DNA from: an uncultured Veillonellaceae bacterium
Lineage (GTDB): Bacteria; Bacillota; Negativicutes; JARBTT01
Direction of reading: 5' to 3'
Length of the DNA: 64,000 bases
Assembly (NCBI GenBank): GCA_963805085.1
Contig: CAWDTA010000002.1
Location: 1,024,001-1,088,000 of the forward strand
The position numbers and the translations under genes are program-made. Every line of letters starts with the position of its first letter. Position 1 is the first letter of the stretch. A model generated the notes under the pieces. It ran no database searches and was not told the DNA's origin. It was given only the letters and a program-made list of their open reading frames with translations. Of the stretch, positions 29,175-44,100 are shown in pieces.

Positions 29175-32100
29175 GGAACGGCGTTGGAGAACAGGAGAAA
29201 CAAATATGAAAACAGCAAGTACTGGACTTACAAGAACAAGTCAAGAAATTCAAAGCTGGCTGGTCTCTCAAATGGCGGAAAGATTAAAAATAGCAGAGGA
29301 CAAAATAGACATTCGTGAACCTTTATCTATTTACGGGTTAGATTCAGCTGAAGCAGTAATTATTACAGGGGAGATGGGGGAGTGGTTAGGCCAAGATGTA
29401 TCGCCAACCTTAGTATGGGATTACCCTACCATTGATAGTATTACGCGATTTCTGACTAGTGTGCCTAACGATTCTGCTGCCAAGGCTATAGATAAGCAAG
29501 ATGCTATAGCAGAACCAATTGCAATCATCGGGATTGGTTGTCGTTTTCCTGGTGCTAATGGACCGAAAGCATTCTGGAATTTGCTCAAAGATGGTGTAGA
29601 TGCAATAAGTGAGCGCCCAGCAGATTATCGGAGAAATCAAGGATATTCGGAGCAAATTTGCAGCACAGACGCGAAAATGAGTTGGGGAGGATATCTTGAT
29701 AGCGTTGATGAATTTGATGCTGAATTTTTCGGTATTTCACCACGGGAAGCTGCCAGTATGGATCCACAACAACGATTATTATTGGAAGTAGCTTGGGAAG
29801 CATTAGAAGACGCTGGACAGGTACCTGAACGATTAAGTGGAGAATCCGTAGGGGTATTCGTTGGTATCTCTAGTTGTGATTATGGAACGATGTTAAGAAA
29901 TTTCTCGGAGATGGACATTTATGCTGCAACTGGAAATGCATGGAGTATTGCTGCTAACCGTATTTCCTATTTACTCAATCTCCAAGGACCAAGTTTATCG
30001 GTTGATACGGCATGTTCATCTTCGCTGGTATCGGTACATTTGGCTTGTAAAAGTTTACAAAATGGTGAATCAACGATTGCTTTAGCCGGCGGGGTCAATC
30101 TTTTGTTATCACCGGAAGTAACAGGCGCTTTTGCAAAAGCAGGTATGTTAGCACCCGATGGTCATTGCAAAACCTTTGCTGCAGAAGCCAACGGCTATGT
30201 CCGTGGTGAAGGTGCGGGGATTGTAGTATTAAAATCATTATCTAAGGCTCTTCAAGATGGCGATCCAATCTATGCATTGATTCCAGGGAGTGCTGTTAAT
30301 CAGGATGGGCGCAGTAACGGGCTGACAGCGCCTAATGGTCCGGCTCAAGAAGAGGTGCTATTGGAAGCATATAAACGGGCGGGCATTTCTCCTAGTAAAA
30401 TTCAATATATTGAAGCCCATGGGACAGGAACTTCTTTGGGAGATCCCATTGAGGCTAAAGCCTTAGGAAAAGTACTTGCGACAGAACGCTCGCCCGAAAA
30501 TCCTTGCTTAATTGGTTCAGTAAAAACCAATATCGGACATTTGGAAGCGGCGGCGGGGATTGCAGGGATAATTAAGGTTGCTTTGGCGATGAAACATCGG
30601 CAAATTCCAGCAGGCCTTCACTTCGATAAACCAAATCCTTATATTCCCTTTGAAGAATTACCTTTACGTGTACAAACAGAACTGGGTCCATGGCCAGATA
30701 TGTCTTCTTCTCTTCTAGCCGGGGTGAGTTCATTTGGTTTTGGAGGAACGAATGCCCATGTGGTTCTGGAGAGTTTTCAAGCTGCCTCTTTAAAGAAACA
30801 TAGTATGACAGATTATTTACCAAAGGTGGAGCAGTTGCTTACTATTTCAGCGTCTAGTCAGGAAGCTTTATGTGATTTGACAAGGGCTTATCTGGAGTAT
30901 TTAGGTGGAGAAGGCAAAAGTTTTTCTTGGAACGATATATGTTATACAACTGGAGCACGCCGTGGGCATCATGATCATCGCCTAGCTTTGGTTGCCAGCT
31001 CAAGGGAAGAAGCGGTAGATAATCTTGATAAATATCTTAAAGGAGAACTTCCATCGAATCTTCAATTTGGACCAAAACCATCTGGAGCTTCATCTAAGCT
31101 TGTTTTTGTTTTCTCTGGACAGGGACCTCAATGGTGGGCAATGGGACGGGAACTCTTTCAAAAGGAACCAGTGTTTCGGGAGACAATAGAAGAATGTGAT
31201 GTATTATTCAGTCAGCATGCGGATTGGTCATTGGTTACTGAATTAACAGCAATAGAATCAAAGAGTCGCTTGGATCAAACGCAATTTGTCCAACCGGCTC
31301 TATTTGCTGTACAGGTAGCTTTAGCTAGGTTGTGGATGTTATGGGGAATTCAGCCAGAAGGCGTTGTTGGTCATAGTATGGGTGAGGTTGCCGCAGCATA
31401 TATTGCGGGCGCTTTAAGTCTTTCTGATGCTGTACGGGTTATTTTTCATCGCAGCAGACTTATGCAGAGAACGACTGGTCAGGGGAAAACCGTGGCAGTC
31501 GAACTTGACGGGCAAGAAGCAAAATCGTTAATTGCTAGATATGAAAATAAAGTTTCTATTGCATGCTATAACGGTCCAACTTCATTGGTTTTATCCGGAG
31601 AACCTGACAGTGTTGAAGAAATCATAGCGACCTTAGAACAAAAGAATGTATTTTGTAAGGCGTTACCTGTAAGTTATGCCTTTCACAGTTATCAGATGGA
31701 ACCGTTGATGAGCGAATTGGCGGAATCTCTGCAAGGTATGCAGTCAAAATCTGCAACGATTCCTATTTATTCAACAGTTACAGGAGCGTTAATTGATGGG
31801 CAAGACCTTAATGCCGATTATTGGGTGAAAAATCTCAGAGAATCGGTACTGTTTTCCACTGCTGTAGAGCGTCTAGTAGAAGATGAATACAATGTATTTT
31901 TGGAAATTAGTCCGCATCCAGTCCTTTCAAGCGCTATTCGAAAAAATGTAAGTAAGCAGGATAAAGAGAACATTGTATTACCTACTTTGCGCAAACATAA
32001 ACCAGAGCAAGTTACCATGCTCAATTCTCTAGGGAGTCTTTATACCCTAGGTTATTCAGTGAACTGGAATGAGATTTATCAAGAAGGTGCACGGTGTGTT

Positions 32101-35100
32101 TGTCTGCCAACTTATCCTTGGCAACGGGAACAATACTGGTTTGAAATAAAAAAACATGCTCCAATGAATACAGCTGCTCCGCAAATTATTTCTGATGACG
32201 TGGATCGTTGGTTGTATAAGCTAGAGTGGCAGGCTAAGGAGTCAAATAAAGAAAATTTATTAGTTTCTGATGGTAATGGACAAGGATCTTGGCTGATTTT
32301 TGCTCAGCGGGATGGTATCGCTAAGCTGGTAGCGAATCGTTTAAATGAACAGGGCGAAAGAACGATATTAATTTATCCTGGGGAGTTTTTCGAATGCTTA
32401 GCAGAAGATGTGTTTAGTATAAGCCCTTCACGAAAGGACTTGGATAAACTTTTACATACGGTATTACATTCTGAACGGGATTTTTGTCGAGGGATTATCC
32501 ACGCTTGGAGCATTGGTTCAGTTGACAAAGACAATATAACTACAGCGGATCTGGAAAGGACACAAACTTTGGGATGTTTGCATATTCTCCAGTTAATCCA
32601 AGCGATTCATGATTTAAAAATAAACGTTAATGGCAAATGGCCTCGACTATGGCTTATTACAAGAGGCAGCCAAGCAGTTCTGGAAGAGGGAGAGTCTGTA
32701 GATTTTACTCAAGCACCTTTATGGGGGCTGGGAAGAACGATTGCTATCGAACAAAAGGAATTGTGGGGTGGCTTGGTAGATTTGGATCCTGAGATTCCAG
32801 GAGAACAGGCTGCAGGTATAATATTGGAAGCTATTTCTGCACGGAAAGGCGAGGATCAGATTGCTTATCGCAAAGGAACACGTTATGTAGCTCGGTTGAA
32901 ACGCCACAGTTTGTCATGCGAGCGAAATATCCCTTTCTATTGGCAGATAAACGGTACATATTTGATAACTGGTGGACTTGGAGATCTAGGAATGCAAGTT
33001 GCACACTGGATGGTGGAACAAGGAGCTAGAAGACTGATTCTAATGGGCAGAACGGAGCTGCCGCCCCGTACAGCATGGGATAATATTCTTGAAAACGAAG
33101 ATTGTTTGACAAATCAAATCAAGAATATTAAAGAACTTGAAGCTAAGGGAGCTAGTGTTCATTTAGCGGCGGTCGATGTGACGAATGAAGAACAGCTTAA
33201 GAACTTTCTTACAAGTTTTCGTAAAGAAGGGTGGCCACCGATAAGAGGTGTCGTTCATGCGGCAGGAACAGTGGCAGATCAATTGTTGACAGAGTGTGAT
33301 GCCCAAGCTTTTAATAAGGTTTTACGACCAAAAGTGCAGGGAGCTTGGCAACTTCACCATTTACTAAAAGATGTTCCCTTGGACTTTTTTATTATGTTTT
33401 CATCCATCTCAACGGTAGTTGGTTCACCTCGTCTGGGAAGCTACGCAGCGGCAAATTCTTTCTTGGATGCTTTGGCACACTATCGGCGTAATCTTAATTT
33501 ACCAGCACTGAGTATTAACTGGGGCCCATGGGCTCAGATCGGTATGGCGGCGCGCTTTAACATTTTGTCTGCTACGACCAGTATGGGAATAAATCCATTG
33601 TCACCTACGCGTGGGTTACAAGTATTAGATAGTCTAATGAATAAAGATATGACGCAGATGGTGGTCATGGATGTGGACTGGGAACGCTGGCGTATGGTAT
33701 ACCAGCAACTTGGGGAAACTGCGTTGGTTGCTGATTTGCTGTTGGCGGAAAACGAAACGGCAGGAACGATTGATACAATCAACCAAGAAAGCAGTATTCG
33801 TAAGGAAGTTATGACGGCAAATGGCAATGATCGTTATAACCTTTTAGAGAGTTATCTTTGTGAGCAGGCAAGCCAGGTATTGGGAATGTCAAGAGCAAAG
33901 TTGGATATTCATAGCTCTTTAAACAGCTTAGGACTTGACTCTATTATGGCCGTTGAGTTAAAGAATAAAATTGAAAAAACGTTAGGCGTAATGGTTCCAA
34001 TGGTATATTTCTTACAAGGATCAAGTATCGCGGAAATGGTTGTAAAAATTCAGGGATTATTAACAGCAGATTCTGAAATTTCAGTGATTCCTATCGCACC
34101 TAAGCAAGAATACTACCCAGTATCGTCGGCACAGAAACGAATGTTTATTTTAAATCAATTCGAAACGAATGACGTTGTTTATAACAATTTTGTAGCCTTT
34201 AAGGTTGAAGGTGCTCTGAATAAGCAGCAATTTGAGAATGCACTCAACAAACTTATTCAAAGACATGAGACACTACGAACTTCTTTTGAGATCATTGACG
34301 GCGAGCCTGTTCAAAGGATTCATCAAGAAATTAAGTTTGCAATCGATTTTATGCAAGAGGAAAAAGAAGATATATCAGATATTATTCAAAATTTTGTGCG
34401 ACCTTTTGATTTGAGTAAAACACCACTTTTTAGGGTTGGCTTGGTCGAATTGGCTGAAAAAGAGCATGTTGTATTGTTCGATATGCATCATATTATATCT
34501 GATGGTGTGACCGCAGAGATTTTTATAAAAGAGTTGGCTAGTCTATATGAAGGTCAGGAATTACCGGAACTAAGAATCCAATATAAAGATTTTGCAGTTT
34601 GGCAAAGCAGTGACTTCCAAAGGGAAGCCCTAAAGCAGCAGGAGGCATATTGGTTAAAGGCTTTTGCTGGAGAACTCCCGGTAATGAATATGCTAAGCGA
34701 TTATCCAAGACCACTCGTTAGAAGTTTTCAAGGAGAGGTTTTGCGGTTTGCCCTAGACGAAGAAGTGACGGGAGAGTTGAATAAACTCGCTATGGAAACG
34801 GGTACGACTTTATATATGGTACTGCTAGCGGCATATAATGTTGTGTTGTCCAAATATACCGGGCAGGAAGATATTATCGTAGGATCACCAATTGCAGGAA
34901 GGCAGTATGCGGACTTGCATAATATTATCGGTGTATTTGTTAATACGTTGTCGATGCGCAATTACCCTGAAAAAAATAAAAGCTTTTTAGAATTTTTACA
35001 AGAGGTTAAAGAAAATGCACTCAAAGCTTATGAAAATCAAGATTATCAATTTGAAGAACTAGTAGATAAACTGGATATACCAAGAAATTTAAGCAGAAAT

Positions 35101-38100
35101 CCGCTGTTTGACACTATGTTTGCTCTCCAAAATTTAGATATGACGGAAGTAGCAGTTGGAAATTTGAGATTTTCTCGCTATGAATTTTATAATAAGATTG
35201 CCAAATTTGATTTAACCTTAGAGGCAATAGAAAGAAACAATCTATTAGATTTTACACTAGAGTACGATACCAGACTATTTAAGAAAGAAACAGTCGAAAG
35301 ACTCAGAAGACACGTTGTAAACGTATTGAACAGCATCGTAGAAGAGCCACAAATTAAGTTGGCAGACATTGCGCTTGTTTCGGCAGAAGAAAAACGCCAA
35401 ATTCTCGTTGATTTTAACAATACGAAAACAGCTTATCCAAAGGATAAGACCATCCAAGAACTGTTTGAAGAGCAGGTAGAAAAAAATCCGGATCATATCG
35501 CTGTAATCTTTGAAAATCAGCAGCTTACCTATAAAGAGCTAAACAACAAAGCAAACCAATTGGCAAGAACATTAAAGAAAAAGGGCGTAAAAGCAAACTG
35601 CATAGTCGCCATCATGGTAGAACGCTCACCAGAAATGATCATTGGAATTCTGGGAATTCTAAAAGCCGGAGGAGCATATATGCCAATAGATCCGGAATAT
35701 CCAGAAGAAAGAATCAGCTATATGCTAGAAGACAGCAAAGCAGAGTTTATGGTTGCACAGAAATCACTAGAGAAAAAAGTTGTATTTAACGGGGATATTA
35801 TCCATGTAGACGATCCGCAAATATACCATGGTGAAACTGAGAATCTAGTAAAAGAAAATACCTCAAAAGATTTAGCATATGTAATCTATACCTCAGGATC
35901 GACCGGAAAACCAAAAGGGAATTTGACCATGCACTACAATGTAGCCCGTGTTGTAAAAAATACAAACTATATTGATATAACTGGAAAAGACGTACTATTA
36001 CAACTATCCAATTATGCCTTTGATGGATCGGTAATTGATATTTATGGATCATTGCTAAACGGAGCAAAACTAATACTTATTGACAAAGCCTGTGTGCTAG
36101 ATATGAATAGATTGTCCAAGGTAATCGAAAAGGAAAAAGTAACAGTCTTCTTTATTACTACGGCGCTGTTCAATACTTTGGTGGATGTCAATATTGAATG
36201 TTTTAAAAATGTAAGAAAGGTGCTCTTTGGTGGAGAAATGGGCTCGGTAAGTCATGTACGCAAAGCCTATGAATATATGGGAAGCGGCAGGATTATAAAT
36301 GGTTATGGTCCAACAGAGAGTACGGTTTTTGCAACCTGTTATGAAGTCAAGCATATAGATGATGGCGAATTGAGCGTACCAATCGGGAGACCGATAGCGA
36401 ATACCTCTATTTATATACTGGATCAAGGCGGAAATCTACAGCCAATTGGTGCGCCGGGAGAACTTTGTATAGCTGGTGATGGTTTAGCTAAAGGATATTT
36501 AAATAGACCTGAGCTGACAGTTGAAAAGTTTGTAGAAGATCCATTTGCGCTAGGGCAGAGAATGTATCGGACAGGCGACCTTGCTAGATGGTTACCGGAT
36601 GGTAATATCGAATTTTTAGGTCGAATTGATCATCAAGTCAAGATAAGAGGTTTCCGTATCGAATTGGGTGAAATTGAAGCCGAATTGTTAAAACATCCGG
36701 ATATAAAAGAAGCATTAGTACTTGCTAAAAATGATGTAAGTGGCGGGAAGTATTTATGTGCTTATGTCGTAACTGAGCAAGAGCTCGAAATTGCCGAGAT
36801 TAGAGAGCATTTAGCTAAAGGATTGCCTGATTATATGATTCCGTCAACTTTTGTACAACTGGATAAGATGCCGTTGACGCCAAATGGGAAGATCGACAGA
36901 AAATCATTGCCGGAACCGGAAGAAAACATGAGTAGCAAAGCAGAATATGTAGCGCCACGAAATGAAGCAGAAGAAAAAATGACTGAAATCTGGCAGGTAG
37001 TATTAGGAGTAGAAAAAGTCGGCATTGAAGATAACTTTTTTGAGCTTGGTGGTCATTCGTTAAAAGCGATAACTCTCGTTGCTAAAATCCATAAAGTTTT
37101 TGGGGTAGAGGTGCCAATGCAGGAGGTATTTAAAGCTCAGACAGTCAAAGAATTGGTTAAGACAATCAAGAGTTCTGTGAAAAATACCTATGCGGACATT
37201 GAACCAGTAGTTAAGCAAGAGTACTACCCGGTATCCTCAGCGCAAAAGAGGATGTTTATCTTGAACCAACTGGAAACAAATGATACTGCCTATAACATGC
37301 CAGCTGCGTTTAAGGTAAAAGGTTCTTTAGATAAGGAGCAATTTGAAAAAGCTTTACAAAAATTTGTTCAACGACATGAAACTTTACGCACCTCCTTTGA
37401 GCTCATCAATGGAGAGCCAGTACAAAGGGTTCATGAAGAAATTAATTTTACTCTCAATTATAGTAAAGGGGCAGAAGCCAATATAAAACACATTTTTCAA
37501 GCCTTTGTCCGTCCTTTTGATTTAAATAAGGCTCCATTACTTAGAATAGAGCTGGTGGAATTAGATGAAAATAAACACGTGGTGTTGTTTGATATGCATC
37601 ATATCATATCTGATGGCGTATCAGTAGGAATTTTAGTCAAGGAATTAGCAAGTCTATATGAAGGGCAGGAACTGCCGGAGTTAAGAATTCAATACAAAGA
37701 TTTTTCAGCTTGGCAAAATAATTTATTGACTACTGAAAGATTTAAACAGCAGGAAGCGTACTGGTTACAGGCTTTTGCGGGAGAACTTCCGGTATTAAAT
37801 ATGCCAATTGATTACGCAAGACCTCCAGTTAGAAGCTTTGAAGGTGCAGAACTCAATTTTGCCTTGGAAAAAGATCTAACAGAAGCGTTAAATAAACTTG
37901 CCAGCAAAACTGGTACGACCATGTATATGGTGCTGCTTGCGGCCTATAATATAGCACTATCAAAATATACTGGTCAGGAAGATATCATTGTAGGGTCGCC
38001 AATTGCAGGTAGATCTCATGATGATTTGGAAAATGTCGTCGGGATGTTTGTCAATACGTTGGCAATGAGAAACTATCCAGAAGGGAATAAAGGCTTTCTG

Positions 38101-41100
38101 GAGTTTTTACAAGAAGTCAAAATAAATGCGCTTGAGGGCTATGAACATCAGGATTATCAATTTGAAGAACTGGTGGACAAATTGGATATACCAAGGGATT
38201 TAAGCAGGAATCCTTTGTTTAGCACGCTGTTTAGTCTTCAAAATGTGGATATAGCAGAGCTTAAAATAGGAGAATTGCAATTTGTGGCCTATGAGCTTGA
38301 CAATAAGACCGCCAAGTTTGATTTGACCTTACGCGCAATTGAAAAAAATAATCGGTTGGAATTTTCGTTAGAGTATTATAGTAAACTTTTCAAAAAATCA
38401 ACAATCGAAGGATTTGGCAGACACTTTGTTCGTATATTAAGTAGCATTGTGGGTCAACCTGAAAGCAAGTTGATGGATATTGAGATGTTGTCAGAGCCGG
38501 AAAAAAATCAGGTATTGGTTGATTTTAATCATACGCAGACTATCTATCCGATAGATCAAACAATACCAAAATTGTTTGAGGAGCAAGTTGAAAAAGCACC
38601 AAATCATATCGCTGTAACTTTTGCAGAACAGCATCTAACTTATGAAGAGCTAAATAACAAAGCGAATCAATTGGCAAGGGTATTAAGAAATAAAGGAGTA
38701 CGACCAAATAGTATTGTCGGTATCATGGTGGAACGGTCTTTGGAAATGATGATTGGGATCGTAGGAATCCTAAAGGCTGGAGGCGCTTATCTGCCTATTG
38801 ATTCTGAGTGTGGTCAAGAAAGAATAGCGTATATGCTTGAGAATAGCCAAGCTAAAATTCTTCTTACACAAAACGATTTTATTGATAAGGTGCCTGCAAA
38901 CATAGAAAAGATTGACATTGCGGATGAAAGTATTGCTTGTGAGGAAAGTTCGAATGTCAGCATCATGAACCAGCCTTGTGATTTAGCCTATGTTATCTAT
39001 ACATCAGGCACAACTGGAAAACCGAAAGGAGTTATGATTGAACATCATAATGTCATAAATTTGGTTTATGGTTTGCAAGATCGTGTATATAGTGAATATG
39101 ATTCTGCTCTAAATGTAGCGTTACTAGCGCCATATGTTTTTGATGCCTCAGTCAAACAAATTTTCCCAGCCCTTTTATTGGGACATAACTTGTGCATTGT
39201 ACCAGAGAATATGCGATTTGAACGGGCGGGATTACTGGATTTTTATCGTCAAAATAATATTGATATTTCTGATGGAACACCAGCGCATCTTAATGTGTTC
39301 AACTCCATTTCCAAAGGTGAGGAATCTTTAGGTGTCAAAGAATTCTTGATTGGTGGCGAAGCGCTTTCCTACGTATTGGTAGAGGAATTTCTCAATCATT
39401 TTAGCAACTCAAAAATTAAGATTACAAATGTTTACGGGCCTACAGAGTGCTGTGATGTTACTACAGTTCATGCAGTGAATTGTGGTGAAGATCATACAGG
39501 TGATATTGTCCCTATTGGCAACCCAATCGCTAATGTAAAAGTTTATATTTTAGGAAAAAACTTAGAGCTTCTTCCAGTTAACGCGATAGGTGAGGTCTAT
39601 ATTTGCGGACAAGGCGTCGGCAGGGGATATCTAAATAAACCTGAACTGACGGCAGAAAAATTTATTAAAAATCCTTTTGTACTAGGGGAGACAATGTACA
39701 GGACTGGTGATTTGGGCAGGTGGCTATCAGATGGAACCATAGAGTTTTTTGGAAGAATAGATCATCAAGTGAAGATTCGGGGATTTAGAATCGAGTTAGG
39801 TGAAATCGAAGCCCAACTGCTAAAACATAATTCGATAAAAGAAGCAATTGTTATTGCGAAAGAGGATACGAATGGGCAGCAGTATCTATGCGCCTATATC
39901 GTAGCTGAGCAAGTGGTAACAATTGTAGAGCTTAGAAAACATTTGGCTAATGGCGTACCTGATTACATGATTCCGTCAAGTTTTGTGCAGCTTGAAAAAA
40001 TGCCGTTGACCATAAACGGGAAAATTGATAGAAAAGCATTACCGGAGCCAGAGGGAAGAGGAAATCTCGGAAGAGAGTATATAGCACCAAGAAACACGGC
40101 AGAAGAAAAATTGACGGGCATATGGAAGGAAGTCCTAGGGGTCGAAAAGGTTGGTATTGAAGATAACTTTTTTGAACTTGGCGGCCACTCACTGAAAGCT
40201 GTAAATATGGTAGCTAAAATCCATAAAGAGTTTGGGGTTGAAGTGTCGCTTACGGAAGTATTTAAGGCACAAACGGTCAAGGAATTAAGTAAAGCTGTCG
40301 AAGGTGAAGTCCAAGATAATTATGCAGCGATTAAACCAGTCGCCAAACAACAATATTATCCTGTATCCTCAGCGCAAAAGAGAATGTTTATCTTAAGTCA
40401 ATTTGAAACGGCAGATACAACGTATAACATGCCAGCGGCATTTGAAGTAGAAGGTGCTTTAGACAAAAATCAATTAGAGAAAGTATGGAAAAAACTTGTT
40501 CAGAGACACGAAACATTACGAACTTCTTTTGAGGTAATTAACGGTGAACCTATGCAAAGGATTCATGAAGAGGTTGCGTTTACTGTTGACTTAATCCAAG
40601 GAACAAAAGAGGATATACCGAATATCATCAAGAACTTTGTGCGTCCATTTGATCTAAGCAAGGCCCCGTTACTTAGAGTAGGCCTGGTAGAGCTAACCGA
40701 AAACTTGCATGTAGTATTATTTGACATGCATCATATCATATCTGATGGCGTATCTATGAGGATTTTAATCAAAGAACTGACAAAACTTTGTGAAGGGAAG
40801 GAATTGCCAGAGTTAAAGATTCAATATAAAGATTTTTCGGCTTGGCAAAATAACTTGCTGACAACTGAAAAATTTAAAAAGCAGGAAGCTTACTGGCTGC
40901 AAGCTTTTGCGGGAGACCTTCTGGTACTCAATCTGCCAAGTGATTATCCAAGACCAGCGATTCGAAGTTTTGAGGGGGATAGATTGAACTTTGAATTAGG
41001 CGAAGAATTAACAAAAGAGTTGAACCGACTTGCTATGGAAAATGGCACGACACTGTATATGGTACTGCTGGCAGCTTATAATGTAGTACTATCAAAATAT

Positions 41101-44100
41101 ACAGGGCAAGAAGATGTTATTGTAGGATCACCAGTTGCAGGCAGATCACATGCAGATTTAGAAAATATGGTCGGTATGTTTGTAAATACGTTGGCGATGA
41201 GAAGTTATCCAGAAAGAAATAAAAACTTCCTAGATTTTTTACAAGAAGTTAAAGAGAATGCTCTTATGGCATATGAAAATCAAGATTATCAATTTGAAGA
41301 ACTGGTCGACAAGCTGGATATACCAAGAAATTTAAGTAGAAATCCGCTGTTTGATACAATGTTTGCTCTTCAAAATACGGATAATGCTGTACTGGCAATA
41401 GGCGATCTAAGATTTTCTCGCTATGACTTAGACAATGAAATTGCAAAATTTGATTTAACTTTAGAAGCGGCTGAAAGAAACAATCGATTAGAGTTTACGT
41501 TAGAATATGATGTTAAATTATTTAAACAAGAAACGGCGAAAAGAATGGGAAGACACTTTGTTAGTGTATTAAGCAGCATAGTAAGTCAGCCGGAAATCAA
41601 ACTGGCGAATATTGAACTGGTATCAGAAAAAGAAAAGGATCAAATCCTCATTGACTTTAACAATACACAAACAGAGTATCCAAAGGATAAGACCATTCAA
41701 GAATTGTTTGAAGGACAAGTAGAAAAAAATCCAGATCATATTGCCGTAATCTTTGAAAATCAGCAGCTTACCTATAAAGAAGTGAACGATAAAGCAAATC
41801 AATTGGCAAGAACTTTAAGGGAAAAAGGTGTAAAAGCCAATCGTATAGTCGGCATAATGGTAGAACGCTCACCGGAAATGATCATTGGAATCATGGGTAT
41901 TTTAAAGGCTGGAGGAGGCTATATGCCAATTGATCCAGAGTATCCAGAAGAAAGAATCAGCTATATGCTGGAAGACAGCAAAGTAGAGTTGATGGTTACA
42001 CAGAAATCATTAGAGAAAAAAGCTGCATTTAGCGGTAGGACCATCCATTTAGATGATCCGCAAGTATATCATGGCGGCACTGAGAACTTAGTAAAACAAA
42101 ATACCTCGCAAGATTTAGCATATGTGATTTATACCTCAGGGTCTACAGGAAAACCAAAAGGAATTTTGACCATGCATTACAATATAGCTCGTGTTGTCAA
42201 AAATACAAACTATATTGATATAACCGGAAAAGACGTATTGTTACAATTATCTAATTATGCATTTGATGGCTCAGTGTTTGATATTTATGGATCACTGCTA
42301 AACGGAGCGAAACTTGTGCTCGTTGACAAAGAATGTATATTGGATATGAATAGGTTAGCAAAGGTAATCAAAGCAGAAAAAGTAACGATTTTCTTTATTA
42401 CCACAGCATTATTTAATACGCTGGTAGATGTCAATATTGCATGTTTGAAAAATGTAAGAAAGGTGCTGTTTGGAGGAGAGCAGAGTTCGGTAAGGCATGT
42501 ACGCAAGGCTTACGAATATATGGGAAGTGGCAGGATAGTAAACGCTTATGGACCGACAGAAACAACAGTTTTTGCAACCTGCTATGAAGTAAATCATATA
42601 GAAGAGGGGCAAATGACCATACCGATAGGAAAACCGATAGCGAATACCTGCATCTATGTACTAGACAAGGGCGGAAAACTACAGCCTATCGGTGCTCCGG
42701 GGGAATTATGTATTTCTGGTGACGGTTTGGCTAGGGAATATTTAAATAGACCGGAGTTAACAACTGAGAAGTTTGTAGAAGATCCATTTGCATTAGGTGA
42801 GCGAATGTATCGGACAGGCGACCTTGCCAAATGGTTACCGGATGGCAATATAGAGTTCTTAGGTCGAATTGATCATCAAGTCAAGATAAGAGGTTTCCGT
42901 ATCGAATTGGGTGAAATTGAAGCCGAACTATTAAAGCATTCGGCTATAAAAGAAGCATTAGTGCTTGCTAAAAATGATGTAAGTGGTGGTAAATATTTAT
43001 GTGCTTATGTTGTTGCAACTAAGCAAGGTCTCGCAACTACTGAGCTTAGAGAATACTTAGCCAAAGGATTGCCTGATTATATGATTCCAGCAATCTTTAT
43101 CCAGATTGACAAGATGCCGTTGACACCAAATGGTAAGATCGATGGAAGGGCTCTTCCTGAACCAGATGTTAGTATCAATGCGGGCACGGAATACGTAGCA
43201 CCTAGAAATGCAGCGGAAGAAAAATTAGCAAGAGTATGGCAGGATGTCCTAGGAGTTGAAAAAGTCGGAATTGAAGATAACTTTTTTGAACTTGGCGGTC
43301 ATTCGTTAAAAGCTATCACTCTCGTTGCTAAAATTCATAAAGAATTTGGGGCTGAAGTATCGCTACAGGAAGTATTTAAAGCGCAAACAATCAAGGGACT
43401 CATCAAACTCATTGATGGTGCAGTAGAAAACAGTTATGTAGCCATTGAATCGGTGAATGAGCAAGCGTATTATCCGGTATCATCGGCACAAAAGAGAATG
43501 TTTGTTTTGAACCAGTTCGAAACGAAGATTACGACTTATAATATGCCGGCCGCCTTTATGGTGGAAGGTCCATTAGACCGAGAACATTTTGAACAAGTCA
43601 TACAAAAACTTGTTGAACGGCATGAAACCTTACGCACCTCCTTTGCACTAATTGATGGACAGCCGATACAAAGGGTTCATCAAAAAATTGAGTTTACCGT
43701 TGACTGTATGCAAGGAAAAGAAGAAAATGCAGATGAATTTGTTAACGATTTTATTCGTCCGTTTGATTTAGGTAAAGCTCCGTTATTTAGAGTGAAGCTA
43801 GTGGATTTGGCGGAAAACAGGTATATGGTATTGTTTGATATGCACCATATCATATCCGATGGTGTATCCATGGGGATTTTGGTCAAAGAATTAGCTAGCT
43901 TATATGAAGGAGAAGAATTACCGAAGTTAAGAATTCAGTACAAAGATTTTTCGACTTGGCAAAATAATCTGCTGGCAAGCGAAGAAATTAAAAAGCAGGA
44001 AACGTACTGGCTACAGAAGCTTGCGGGAGAACTTCCGATACTCAATCTGCCAAGTGATTATCCAAGACCACCGATAAGAAGTTTTGAAGGTGAACGATTG

